Below, piece after piece: positions 20,702 through 31,761 of a stretch of 64,000 nucleotides of DNA. A program made the position numbers and the translations under genes. Under the pieces are notes generated by a model. It was not told the DNA's origin and searched no databases. It saw nothing but the letters and a program-made list of their open reading frames with translations. How positions within the stretch are numbered: position 1 is the first letter of the stretch; each line of letters opens with the position of its first letter. Origin of the DNA: Ramlibacter sp. (GTDB lineage: Bacteria; Pseudomonadota; Gammaproteobacteria; Burkholderiales; Burkholderiaceae_C); contig DATHWV010000066.1 in assembly GCA_035460205.1 (NCBI GenBank), positions 33,411 through 97,410 on the forward strand. Direction: 5' to 3'.

Positions 20702-21919
20702 ATGACGCCGCTGACTGACAAGGAACTGTTGCAGCTCGTACATGACGTGGAGAGTGACCGAGCCGAACGCAAGGAGAGTTGGAAGGGTAGCGCCCCGGAA
20801 AAGGCGCGGGAAGCCGTGTGCGCCTTCGCCAACGATCTGCCGAATCATGCAAAGCCCGGTGTCTTGTTCGTTGGCGTGAAGGACGATGGAAGACCCGCGG
20901 GCCCCGACTTTGTCGTCACGGACCAATTGCTCCAGACCCTGGCTGACATCAAGACCGATGGCAAGCTGACGCCGCCCCCCACCATGACCGTGGCTCGCCG
21001 CACACTCCAGGGGCAGGATGTGGCTGTGATCACTGTCTGGCCGGCGGACGCTCCGCCAGTGCGACTGGACGGCCGGATCTGGATCCGCACCGGACCTCGT
21101 CGTGGACAGGCCACGGCACAGGACGAACGCGTGTTGAACGAGAAACGCCGTTACCGCGACCGAAGTTTCGACGCTCATCCCATTCACGGCTGCTCGCTGG
21201 AAGAGTTGAGTCGGCCGTATTTCGAGAACGAATATTTGCCACAGGCTGTGGCGAGAGACGTTCTGGAAGCCAATGGTCGCAGCTACGAAGAGCGCCTGGC
21301 CTCCCTGGGCATGATCTCCACCGTGGACGATGCCACGCCCACCGTCGCTGGCCTGCTGACATTGGGCAAGAGCCCTCGCACCTGGATTCCTTCGGCCTAC
21401 ATTCAGTTCCTGCGCATTCGTGGCACCGAATGGGGCGACCCAGTGGTGGACGAACAGGAAGTAGATGGCAATCTGGACACCATGCTGCGACGGCTGGATG
21501 AAAAGCTGAAAGCCACCCTTGCCGTGGCGGTGGACTTCACGTCCGGCACGACCACAGAGGTTCGGACCGCACCTTATCCGCTTTCCGCCCTGCAACAACT
21601 GGCACGCAATGCCGTGATGCATCGGACTTACGAAGGCACCAACGCACCGGTGCGAATCTACTGGTTCGATGACCGCATCGAGATCAGCAACCCGGGCGGC
21701 CCCTACGGCGCCGTGACCCAGGAGAACTTCGGCCGTCCCGGCATCAGCGACTACCGCAGCCCGGTGCTGGCCGGCGTGCTCAAGACATTGGGCTTTGTGC
21801 AGCGCTTCGGCTTCGGGATCGCCGAAGCCCGACGTGCGCTGCAAGCCAATGGCAACCCGCCGCCTGAGTTCCAGGTGGAAGCCACCAATGTGCTGGCCAC
21901 GCTTCGGAGGGCGGCATGA
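20702..21919 (+). CDS. Schlafen/AlbA_2 domain fused to an HATPase_c_4 (RecG-C-terminal-like GHKL) domain
   Basis: N-terminal ESDRAERKES..AVCAFAN..GVLFVGVKDDG (AlbA_2); C-terminal ARNAVMHRTY, FDDRIEISNPGG, YRSPVLA, FGFGI. No C-terminal HTH is visible. Confidence 0.85.
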   Translation: MTPLTDKELLQLVHDVESDRAERKESWKGSAPEKAREAVCAFANDLPNHAKPGVLFVGVKDDGRPAGPDFVVTDQLLQTLADIKTDGKLTPPPTMTVARRTLQGQDVAVITVWPADAPPVRLDGRIWIRTGPRRGQATAQDERVLNEKRRYRDRSFDAHPIHGCSLEELSRPYFENEYLPQAVARDVLEANGRSYEERLASLGMISTVDDATPTVAGLLTLGKSPRTWIPSAYIQFLRIRGTEWGDPVVDEQEVDGNLDTMLRRLDEKLKATLAVAVDFTSGTTTEVRTAPYPLSALQQLARNAVMHRTYEGTNAPVRIYWFDDRIEISNPGGPYGAVTQENFGRPGISDYRSPVLAGVLKTLGFVQRFGFGIAEARRALQANGNPPPEFQVEATNVLATLRRAA

Positions 21920-22962
21920 GCGACGGCTCGAATGCTGGCCTGGCCCCTGAGATGCCAACACCGGTCCTCACCTTTTTCAACAACAAAGGGGGAGTCGGCA
22001 AGACTTCACTGGTCTTCCATCTCGCCTGGATGCTGTCTGAGATGGGGAAACGGGTGGTCACCATAGACTTGGATCACCAGGCCAACCTGACCTCGGCTTT
22101 CCTGCCAGAGGAGACATTGGAAGAGCTGTGGGGCGCACAGGAGCCGTTTCCCCAGGCGGACACGATCTTTCGCTGCGTACAGCCACTCACCAAGGCAGGG
22201 GACATTCTCCCGCCCGTCACCCGGCAGATCACGCCACGGCTATTCCTGGTGCCAGGCGACCCATCGCTGGCGGGCTTTGAGGACGATCTGGCCAGCGCCT
22301 GGCATGCAGCCATGTCCAGCAACTTGTATCGGCCATTCCGTTTTCTGACGGCCTTCTGGCAGATCGCACAACTTGCGGCCCAAGCCCATCAAGCCGATCT
22401 CATCCTGGCCGACGTCGGCCCCAACTTGGGCGCGATCAACCGATCTGCCTTGATTGGCAGCGACCACGTCGTGATTCCGCTGGATGCCAGTCTCTTCTCA
22501 CTCCAAGGGCTGCGCAAATTGGGCCCCACATTGACGACCTGGCGAGAGGAATGGCGCAAGCGCGCCGACAACTGGGAAGCTCCGGAGTTCCCTTTGCCTT
22601 CTGGAAGCATGTCCCCTACAGGCTATGTCGTGATGCGCCACACCACGCTGCTTTCCCGCCCAGTCTCGCCCTACAAGAAATGGGCAGACCAAATTCCCGC
22701 GATCTATCGCGAAAGCGTGTTGGGACAACCCGGTATGGCCCCCACCTTGGACCAGGACACCCATTGCCTGGCCCAGCTGAAGCACTACCGCAGCCTCATC
22801 CCCATGTCCCAGGAGGTACGCAAGCCGATCTTTCACCTGAACTCGGCGGACGGCGCCATCGGCAGCCATTCGCAAGCAGTGCAAGACGCCTGGCAAGACT
22901 TCAAGGCGCTGGCGACGACGATCGCCGACCGCATCCATCTGGACACAGTCGGCGATTCCTGA
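21916..22962 (+). CDS. Orphan ParA/MinD-family ATPase
   Basis: Deviant Walker A FFNNKGGVGKT, A' motif IDLDHQANLT, Walker B LILADVGPNLGAINR. ATGA overlap with the upstream gene. Confidence 0.9.
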   Translation: MSDGSNAGLAPEMPTPVLTFFNNKGGVGKTSLVFHLAWMLSEMGKRVVTIDLDHQANLTSAFLPEETLEELWGAQEPFPQADTIFRCVQPLTKAGDILPPVTRQITPRLFLVPGDPSLAGFEDDLASAWHAAMSSNLYRPFRFLTAFWQIAQLAAQAHQADLILADVGPNLGAINRSALIGSDHVVIPLDASLFSLQGLRKLGPTLTTWREEWRKRADNWEAPEFPLPSGSMSPTGYVVMRHTTLLSRPVSPYKKWADQIPAIYRESVLGQPGMAPTLDQDTHCLAQLKHYRSLIPMSQEVRKPIFHLNSADGAIGSHSQAVQDAWQDFKALATTIADRIHLDTVGDS

Positions 22963-22966
22963 AGAC

Positions 22967-24517
22967 TCAAGCGGGCACCCACAACGCTGGCAGGCCCGGC
23001 AGCGTGCGCAGCACGCTGCCCACTTCGCCGCTGCGCACCAGCGTGGTCGCGCGTTCAATTTCGGGTGCGAGGTAGCGGTCGGTGGGCATGGCGGCGCTGT
23101 GCTGGCGCAGCAGTGCGTGCACCCATTCCAGCACCACCGAGCTTTGCAGCGGGCGCAGGAATTCGATGGCCTGGGCCGAGGCCAGCAGCTCGATGCCCAG
23201 GATGTGCGAGACGTTGGACACCATCGGCTGCAGCCGCCGCGCGGCGAAGGTGGCCATCGAGACGTGGTCCTCCTGGTTCGCGCTGGTGGGCAGGCTGTCC
23301 ACGCTGGCCGGGTGGGCCAGCGACTTGTTCTCGCTGGCCAGCGCTGCGGCGGTGACGTGGGCGATCATGAAGCCGCTGTTCAGGCCGGCATCGGCGCTGA
23401 GGAAGGCCGGCAGGCGCGAGACGCTGGCGTCGATCAGCATCGCGATGCGGCGCTCGGCGATGGCGCCGACTTCGGCAATCGCCACGGCCATTGCGTCAGC
23501 CGCGAGAGCGACGGGCTCAGCGTGGAAGTTGCCTCCGCTGATCATCGCCCCGTCTTCAGGGAACACCAACGGGTTGTCGGTCACGGCGTTCGCTTCGCGC
23601 ACCAGCACCAGCGAGGCATGGCGCAACTGGTCCAGGCAGGCGCCGACGACTTGCGGCTGGCAGCGCAGGCAGTACGGGTCCTGCACCCGGTCGTCGCCTT
23701 CTTCGTGCGACGCGCGGATCGCGCTTCCGGCCAGCAAGGCGCGGTAGTACTGGGCGACGTCGATCTGACCAGGCTGGCCGCGCAGCGCGTGGATGCGCGG
23801 GTCGAACGGACCGTCCGAGCCGCGCGCGGCGTCCACCGTCAAAGCGCCAATCACCAGCGCGGCTTCCAGCACCGGTTCGAAGGCGAACAGGCCGTGCAGC
23901 GCCAGCGCGGTGGAGGTCTGCGTGCCGTTGATCAGCGCCAGGCCTTCCTTGGCTTGCAGCACCAGCGGCTCGATGCCGGCATCGGTCAACACGCCGGCCG
24001 CGTGCACACGCTTGCCGTCCACCAGGAACTCGCCCTCGCCCAGCAACGCCAGCGTCATGTGCGACAGCGGGGCGAGGTCGCCCGAAGCGCCGACCGAACC
24101 CTGGCTGGGCACATAAGGGACGAGGCCGGCGTTGAGCACGGCCAGCAGCGTGTCGATCACGACTTCGCGCACACCCGAGTGCGCACGCGCGAGGCTGGCG
24201 GCCTTGGTCGCCAGCATCAGCCGCAGCACTGCTGGCTGCAGCGGCTCGCCCACGCCCACCGAGTGCGAGCGGATCAGGTTCAGTTGCAGCAGCGCCAGGT
24301 CTTCGTTGCTGATGCGCTTGTTGGCCAGTTTGCCGAAGCCGGTGTTCACGCCGTAGACCGGCGCGTCGCCCGCGGCGGCGGCCTGCACGACTGCAGCGCT
24401 GGCGCGGATGGCCGGGCGCGCGGCGTCGTCCAGCTTCAGGGTCACGCCGCCAGCGTGCAGCGCTTGCAGTTGTTCCAGCGTCAGCGCGCCGGGGGTCAGG
24501 GTCAGTTCGGTCGTCAT
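22967..24517 (-). CDS. hutH: Histidine ammonia-lyase
   Basis: [12 protein letters not shown] motif [40 protein letters not shown]. Confidence 0.97.
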   Translation of the reverse strand: MTTELTLTPGALTLEQLQALHAGGVTLKLDDAARPAIRASAAVVQAAAAGDAPVYGVNTGFGKLANKRISNEDLALLQLNLIRSHSVGVGEPLQPAVLRLMLATKAASLARAHSGVREVVIDTLLAVLNAGLVPYVPSQGSVGASGDLAPLSHMTLALLGEGEFLVDGKRVHAAGVLTDAGIEPLVLQAKEGLALINGTQTSTALALHGLFAFEPVLEAALVIGALTVDAARGSDGPFDPRIHALRGQPGQIDVAQYYRALLAGSAIRASHEEGDDRVQDPYCLRCQPQVVGACLDQLRHASLVLVREANAVTDNPLVFPEDGAMISGGNFHAEPVALAADAMAVAIAEVGAIAERRIAMLIDASVSRLPAFLSADAGLNSGFMIAHVTAAALASENKSLAHPASVDSLPTSANQEDHVSMATFAARRLQPMVSNVSHILGIELLASAQAIEFLRPLQSSVVLEWVHALLRQHSAAMPTDRYLAPEIERATTLVRSGEVGSVLRTLPGLPALWVPA

Positions 24518-24523
24518 GTCGGT

Positions 24524-26230
<1,707 letters not shown>

Positions 26231-26289
26231 GGCAGCTCCAGCAAAGGGCGGATGAAGTCAAACAAGGATGAACGAACGAGCGCATCCTA

Positions 26290-26303
26290 CTTGTCTAGAC
26301 AAG
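26290..26303. promoter_or_regulatory. HutC operator palindrome CTTGTCTAGACAAG
   Basis: Perfect 14-bp inverted repeat in the divergent hutU-hutC spacer; resembles the known HutC site CTTGTNTAGACAAG. Confidence 0.85.
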
Positions 26304-26325
26304 GCGGCGCAAGTAGCATGCAGCC

Positions 26326-27045
26326 ATGTCCACTTTGCCCCGAACCGGCTTGGCGCCTTATGCCCAGGTCAAGCAGTACCTGAAGGACCGTCTGGCCGCG
26401 GGCGACTGGGCACCGGGCGTGCTGATGCCTTCGGAGGCCGAGCTGGTGGCGCGTTTCGGCGTGAGCCGCATGACGGTGAACCGGGCGCTGAAGGAGTTGC
26501 AGAACGAAGGCCTGATCGAGCGGGTGCAGGGCGTAGGCACGTTTGCCGCGCAGCTGCACAAAGTCTCGGCCACGCTGACGCTGCGCAACCTGCAGGACGA
26601 GATTGCCGAGCGCGGCCACCGGCACGAGGCTGTCGTGCACCTGCAGGAGCCCGAACCCGCTGGCGCGGCACTGGCGGCGCAGCTGGGCTTGAACGAGGGC
26701 GACACGGTGTTCCACAGCCTGATCGTGCACCTGGAAAACGGCGTGCCGCTGCAGTGCGAGGACCGCTACGTGAATCCGGCCTGCGCGCCGCACTACCTGG
26801 CGCAGGACTTCCAGCACAGCACGCCCACGCAGTACCTGTTCGAGGTCACGGCCCTCTGGCGCGCCCAATATTCGATCGAGGCCGGCCATGCCACCGCGCA
26901 GGAAGCCGGCCTGCTGAACCTGGCCGCCACCGACGCCTGCCTGATCATGGTGCGCCGCACCTTCACGCGCGACGCAGCCATCACGCTGGCGCGCCTCGTG
27001 CACCCCGGCCGGCTCTACCAGCTCACCGGCCAGTTCGCACCGTGA
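26326..27045 (+). CDS. hutC: Histidine utilisation repressor (GntR wHTH + UTRA)
   Basis: PSEAELVARFGVSRMTVNRALKEL, RVQGVGTF, QCEDRYVNP; hut context. Confidence 0.95.
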   Translation: MSTLPRTGLAPYAQVKQYLKDRLAAGDWAPGVLMPSEAELVARFGVSRMTVNRALKELQNEGLIERVQGVGTFAAQLHKVSATLTLRNLQDEIAERGHRHEAVVHLQEPEPAGAALAAQLGLNEGDTVFHSLIVHLENGVPLQCEDRYVNPACAPHYLAQDFQHSTPTQYLFEVTALWRAQYSIEAGHATAQEAGLLNLAATDACLIMVRRTFTRDAAITLARLVHPGRLYQLTGQFAP

Positions 27046-27656
27046 TCACGACCTCCCCCCGCTTGCAACTGGTGCGCTTCGACGAAGTGCCAGCTCAGCC
27101 GTGGCGCAACGGCGGTGGCGTGACGCGCGAGTTCGCCGCATGGCCGGGCGCAGCGGACTGGCAGCTGCGCCTCAGCGTGGCCGACATCGAACGCGACGGC
27201 CCGTTCTCGGCCTTCCCTGGCATTGCACGCTGGTTCCTGGTGCTGAGTGGCGACGGCGTGCGCCTGGACCACGGCGGCCAGCCAATCGACCTGCGGCCTG
27301 GCGACGCGCCCCATGCCTTTGACGGCGGCCAGCCGCCCGGCTGCACGCTGCTGGGCAGCGCCACGCGTGACCTGAACCTGATGCTGAAAACACCCGCCAG
27401 TGGACGCCTGTGGCCAGCAGAAGGTCCGTGGCAAGCCGAAGCGGGTCAGCGCACACTGCGCTGGCGCGGCCTGTTCTGCGCCGAGGCCTGCACCCTGCTC
27501 ACACCTGCTGACACCCTCGCGCTGCCGGCCATGAGCCTGGCATGGCAAGCTGCCGGATGGGTCGATGGCCAGGATCCCGCAGCGCTGACCGAACGCTGGC
27601 AACTCAAGCCTGCCGCACGCCTGCCACGCGCCTGGTGGATCGCCCTGGAGAATTGA
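27042..27656 (+). CDS. hutD: HutD/Ves-family protein
   Basis: [38 protein letters not shown] overlap with the hutC stop. Confidence 0.9.
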   Translation: MITTSPRLQLVRFDEVPAQPWRNGGGVTREFAAWPGAADWQLRLSVADIERDGPFSAFPGIARWFLVLSGDGVRLDHGGQPIDLRPGDAPHAFDGGQPPGCTLLGSATRDLNLMLKTPASGRLWPAEGPWQAEAGQRTLRWRGLFCAEACTLLTPADTLALPAMSLAWQAAGWVDGQDPAALTERWQLKPAARLPRAWWIALEN

Positions 27657-27660
27657 CCCC

Positions 27661-28938
27661 ATGCCCGCCGATTTCCTGCCCTCCCGAGCCGACGCCCCCC
27701 GCACCCTGTGGCGGGGTGCCAGTCTGGCCACGATGGCCCCGGGCAAGCCCTGGGGCTGGATCGAAGACGGCGCGCTGCTGACCGAAGGCGCGCGCATCGC
27801 GTGGGTCGGATCGGCAACCGAATTGCCCGCAGGCCTGCGCACCGACGACGAGATCGAACTCCCAGGCGGCGTGCTGACGCCGGGGCTGATCGACGCGCAC
27901 ACCCATCTCGTCTACGGCGGCCACCGGGCGCGCGAATTCGAGTTGCGCTTGCAAGGCGCGACCTACGAAGAGATCGCGCGAGCCGGCGGCGGCATCCGCT
28001 CAACCGTCGCCGCCACCCGCGCGGCGACCGACGACGAGCTGCTGCGCTGCGCACTCCAACGGGCCAGCGTGCTGATGGCCGAAGGCGTGACAACGCTGGA
28101 GATCAAGAGCGGCTACGGCCTGAGCGAACACCACGAGGCGCGTTGCCTGCGCGTGGCCCGGCGCGTGGGCCAGCGCCTGCCGCTGACGGTGCGCACCAGC
28201 GCGCTGGCCGCGCACGCGCTGCCGCCCGAGTTCGAGGGCCGGCCGGACGCCTACATCGCCGCCATCATCGACTGGCTGCCGCGCTGGCATGCCGAGGGCC
28301 TGGTCGACGCGGTCGACGGCTTTTGCGAAAACATCGCCTTCTCGGCCAGCCAGATGCAGCGCGTGTTCGACGCGGCGCGCGCGCTGGACCTGCCGGTCAA
28401 GCTGCATGCCGAGCAGCTCAGCGACTGCGGCGGCAGCGTGATGGCCGCGCAGTACCGCGCGCTGAGCTGCGACCACCTCGAATACCTCAGCCCGGCCGGC
28501 GTGCAGGCCCTGGCCGCCAGCGGCACGGTGGCGATGCTGCTGCCCGGCGCCTTCTATTTCCTGCGCGAGAAGCAGCTGCCGCCAGTGGGCGCCTTGCGCG
28601 AGGCCGGCGTGCCGATGGCGATTGCCACCGACCACAACCCCGGCTCGTCGCCCACGCTGTCGCCGCTCTTGATGCTGAACATGGCCTGCACGCTGTTCCG
28701 CCTCACACCCGAGGAAGCCCTGGCCGGCATGACGCGCCATGCCGCGCAGGCGCTGGGCCTGGGCCACAGCCATGGCCAGCTGAGTGCCGGCCGGCAGGCC
28801 GACTTCGTGCACTGGGCCGTGGACCACCCGAACGAGCTGGCCTACCCGTTCGGGCACAGGCCTTGCCAGTTGCGGGTCCATGCGGGCGTGCCCGATGCCG
28901 CCGACCTGGCGCGGATCGCCCCCGCCCCCGAGTTTTGA
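27661..28938 (+). CDS. hutI: Imidazolonepropionase
   Basis: [48 protein letters not shown]. Confidence 0.96.
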   Translation: MPADFLPSRADAPRTLWRGASLATMAPGKPWGWIEDGALLTEGARIAWVGSATELPAGLRTDDEIELPGGVLTPGLIDAHTHLVYGGHRAREFELRLQGATYEEIARAGGGIRSTVAATRAATDDELLRCALQRASVLMAEGVTTLEIKSGYGLSEHHEARCLRVARRVGQRLPLTVRTSALAAHALPPEFEGRPDAYIAAIIDWLPRWHAEGLVDAVDGFCENIAFSASQMQRVFDAARALDLPVKLHAEQLSDCGGSVMAAQYRALSCDHLEYLSPAGVQALAASGTVAMLLPGAFYFLREKQLPPVGALREAGVPMAIATDHNPGSSPTLSPLLMLNMACTLFRLTPEEALAGMTRHAAQALGLGHSHGQLSAGRQADFVHWAVDHPNELAYPFGHRPCQLRVHAGVPDAADLARIAPAPEF

Positions 28939-29000
28939 AAAAAGTGCCGAGCACTGCCCCACGCCTTGCAGCGGCAGCCCGGTCCGATGTCGGAGACCTG

Positions 29001-29813
29001 ATGGACGAGATTTACACCCTGCACCGCGGCACGCGCCCCTTGCTGGTCAGCGTGCCGCATGCAGGCCAGCACATTCCCGCCGACCTGCTGGCCCGCATGC
29101 ACCCGCACGCGGCCACCGTCGAAGACACCGACTGGCACCTCGACAAGCTCTACGACTTCGTGCGCGAACTCGGCGCCAGCCTCATCGTGCCGCGCCACTC
29201 ACGCTACGTGATCGACCTGAACCGGCCGCCCGACAACACGCCGATGTACCCCGGCGCCAACAATACCGAGCTGTGCCCCACGCGCTTTTTCACCGGCGAA
29301 GCGCTGTACCTCGAAGGGCAGGCGCCTGACGCCATCGAAGTCCAGCAGCGCCGCGCCACCTACTGGCAGCCGTACCACGACGCGCTCTCGGCCGAACTCG
29401 CGCGGCTGCGGGCCGAGCATGGCCACGCCGTGCTGTTCGATGGCCACAGCATCCGCTCGCAGCTGCCCTGGCTGTTTGAGGGCCGGTTGCCGGACCTGAA
29501 CCTGGGCACCGCCAACGGCGCGAGCTGCGCCCCGTCGATGCGCGACACGTTGGGCCAGTTGCTGGCCGCGCAGCAAGACTTCACGCAGGTGGTCGACGGC
29601 CGCTTCAAGGGCGGCTACATCACCCGCCACTACGGCCAGCCCGCGCGCGGCTGGCATGCGGTGCAGCTGGAAATGTGCTGGTGCTGCTACATGGACGAAC
29701 AGCCGCCCTTCAACTGGTCGCCCGAGCGAGCCGCGGGCGCCATGCCGCTGCTGCGCCAGATGATGGACACGCTGTTGGCCTGGCAGCCGCAAGCCGGAGA
29801 AAGCCAGGCATGA
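29001..29813 (+). CDS. hutG: N-formylglutamate deformylase
   Basis: LVSVPHAG, DTDWH, SRYVIDLNRP, YWQPYH, DGHSIRS, GRFKGGYITRHY, AVQLEM. Confidence 0.95.
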   Translation: MDEIYTLHRGTRPLLVSVPHAGQHIPADLLARMHPHAATVEDTDWHLDKLYDFVRELGASLIVPRHSRYVIDLNRPPDNTPMYPGANNTELCPTRFFTGEALYLEGQAPDAIEVQQRRATYWQPYHDALSAELARLRAEHGHAVLFDGHSIRSQLPWLFEGRLPDLNLGTANGASCAPSMRDTLGQLLAAQQDFTQVVDGRFKGGYITRHYGQPARGWHAVQLEMCWCCYMDEQPPFNWSPERAAGAMPLLRQMMDTLLAWQPQAGESQA

Positions 29814-31207
29814 GCGGCGGCACAACAAGCCCCTCCGCTCGCCGCTTCTGGGCGCCACGCGCCTGGCTCCCCGAAGGCTGGCGCGAGGAAGTGCTGCTGG
29901 AGGTGGACGCGCACGGCCGCTGGTCCCGCGTGGTCCCTGGCCAGCCTTGCCCGGCAGACGCCGAGCGCCTGGCCGGCCTCACGCTGCCCGGCCTGGTCAA
30001 CGGCCACAGCCATGCCTTCCAGCGTGCCTTCGCAGGCCTGGCGGAGCGCCGCGAGGCCGCGGCCGACAACTTCTGGAGCTGGCGCGACCGCATGTACCGC
30101 GTGGCCGGCAAGATCACGCCGGACCAGCTGCGCGCGGTCGCCACCCAGCTCTATGCCGAGTTGCTGCGCGGCGGCTACACGCAGGTCTGCGAGTTCCACT
30201 ACCTGCACCACGCGCCTGGCGGCAAGCCCTATGGCGCGCCGATGGCGATGACCCAGTCGCTGATCGAAGCGGCCGCCGAGGTCGGCATCGGCCTGACGGT
30301 GCTGCCGGTGCTGTACGAGCGCGCCGGCTTCGACCAGCCCATGCTGCGACCCGACCAGCAGCGCTTCCGCCTGCATGCCGAAGGCGTGCTGGCCGCGCAC
30401 CAGTCGGTGCAGGAGCGCACCCATGCCTGCCTGAACGCAGGCCTGGCCATCCACTCGCTGCGCGCCGCTCGCCCGGCCTCGCTGCACACGCTGGCCAAGA
30501 TGGCCGAGCAGACTGTCGGCCCGGTGCACATCCATGTCGCCGAACAGACCGCCGAGGTCCAGGACTGTCTCCAGGCCACCGGCCGCCGCCCGGTCGAATA
30601 CCTGGCCAGCGAAGGCCTGCTGGACGCGCGCTGGCAGCTGGTGCATGCCACGCACATCAACCAGGCCGAGATCATGACCGTGGCCTACAGCGGCTCGGCC
30701 GTGGTGATCTGCCCCAGCACCGAAGGCAACCTGGGCGACGGCCTGACCGACCTGGCCGGCTGGCTGCAGGCCGAGGTGCCGATCTCGCTGGGCTCGGACA
30801 GCCATGTCAGCCGCTGCTGGCGTGAAGAGCTGCGCTGGCTGGAATACGGGCAGCGCCTGGGCCTGCGCCAGCGCAACGTGGCGGCCGCCCCCGAACGCGG
30901 CCAGCCGTCGACGGCAGAGCGGCTGTGGCGCGGCGTGCTCGACGGTGGCCGCCTGGCGGCAGGCTTTCCCCTCTGGGGCTTCACGCCCGGCGCCCGGGCC
31001 GACCTGCTGGTCGCCGACCCACGCGACACCAGCCTCGCCGGCATCCCCGCCGCCCGCAGCCTGGACGCCCTGATCTTCTCCAGCCCCACCCTGCCCTGGC
31101 GCGACGTGATGGTCGCCGGCCAATGGAAGCTGCGCGAGCACCAGATGCCCGGCAGCGATGCGATCACCTCCGGCTTTGTCAGCGCGATGGAGGAGCTGTG
31201 GAACTGA
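29810..31207 (+). CDS. hutF: Formimidoylglutamate deiminase
   Basis: HSHAFQR, FWSWRDRMY, EFHYLH, HSLRA, HIHVAEQ, CPSTEGNLGDG, GSDSH. ATGA overlap with hutG. Confidence 0.95.
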   Translation: MSGGTTSPSARRFWAPRAWLPEGWREEVLLEVDAHGRWSRVVPGQPCPADAERLAGLTLPGLVNGHSHAFQRAFAGLAERREAAADNFWSWRDRMYRVAGKITPDQLRAVATQLYAELLRGGYTQVCEFHYLHHAPGGKPYGAPMAMTQSLIEAAAEVGIGLTVLPVLYERAGFDQPMLRPDQQRFRLHAEGVLAAHQSVQERTHACLNAGLAIHSLRAARPASLHTLAKMAEQTVGPVHIHVAEQTAEVQDCLQATGRRPVEYLASEGLLDARWQLVHATHINQAEIMTVAYSGSAVVICPSTEGNLGDGLTDLAGWLQAEVPISLGSDSHVSRCWREELRWLEYGQRLGLRQRNVAAAPERGQPSTAERLWRGVLDGGRLAAGFPLWGFTPGARADLLVADPRDTSLAGIPAARSLDALIFSSPTLPWRDVMVAGQWKLREHQMPGSDAITSGFVSAMEELWN

Positions 31208-31238
31208 GGCCGGCGGCGGGTGGGCGACGCTGCTGCGA

Positions 31239-31700
31239 TCAGCTCATGAGTTCGACCAGCTTGCCGCTCACGGCGTCCCCGCTGATCTGCAGTTCGCCCA
31301 CCGAGACAGGCAGCTTGAAGCGCCGCGGCCCGGCGCTGCCGGGGTTCAGGTAGAGCACGCCGTCGCGCTCAGCCATCGTCGGCTGGTGCGAGTGGCCGGA
31401 GATGACTGCGCGCAGCCCGGCGGCTTGCGGGTCCACGTCGAGGTCGGGCAGGTCGTGCACCACGGCCATCGTCACGCCGCCGAGCGTGAGGTACTCGACG
31501 GTGCGCAAGGCCTCGGCCCAGGCACCGCGGTCGTTGTTGCCGCGCACGGCCGTGACCGGTGCGATGGTGGCGAGCCGGTCCAGCACCGACGGGTCGCAGA
31601 TGTCGCCGGCGTGCACGATGTGGTCGCTGCCGCGCAGGAAGGACAGCGCCTCGGGGCGCAGCAAACCGTGGGTGTCGGAGATCAGGCCAATGCGGAGCAT
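31239..31700 (-). CDS. Calcineurin-like metallophosphoesterase (YfcE/MJ0936 type)
   Basis: ISDTHG, HAGD, VRGNND, SGHSH, NPGS motifs. Confidence 0.92.
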   Translation of the reverse strand: MLRIGLISDTHGLLRPEALSFLRGSDHIVHAGDICDPSVLDRLATIAPVTAVRGNNDRGAWAEALRTVEYLTLGGVTMAVVHDLPDLDVDPQAAGLRAVISGHSHQPTMAERDGVLYLNPGSAGPRRFKLPVSVGELQISGDAVSGKLVELMS

Positions 31701-31761
31701 GGCCGATTGGAGCACCGCCAGCGCGATTGGTTCGTCCGCATGGGATGACGGTCTCGAACCT

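Noticed and set aside
21916-22962. Chromosome or plasmid partition locus
   Set aside because: No ParB, parS or rep gene; the protein is longer than Soj and is coupled to an AlbA_2 gene.
20551-22966. IS or transposon ends around the AlbA_2-ParA cassette
   Set aside because: No transposase, terminal inverted repeats or target-site duplication detected.
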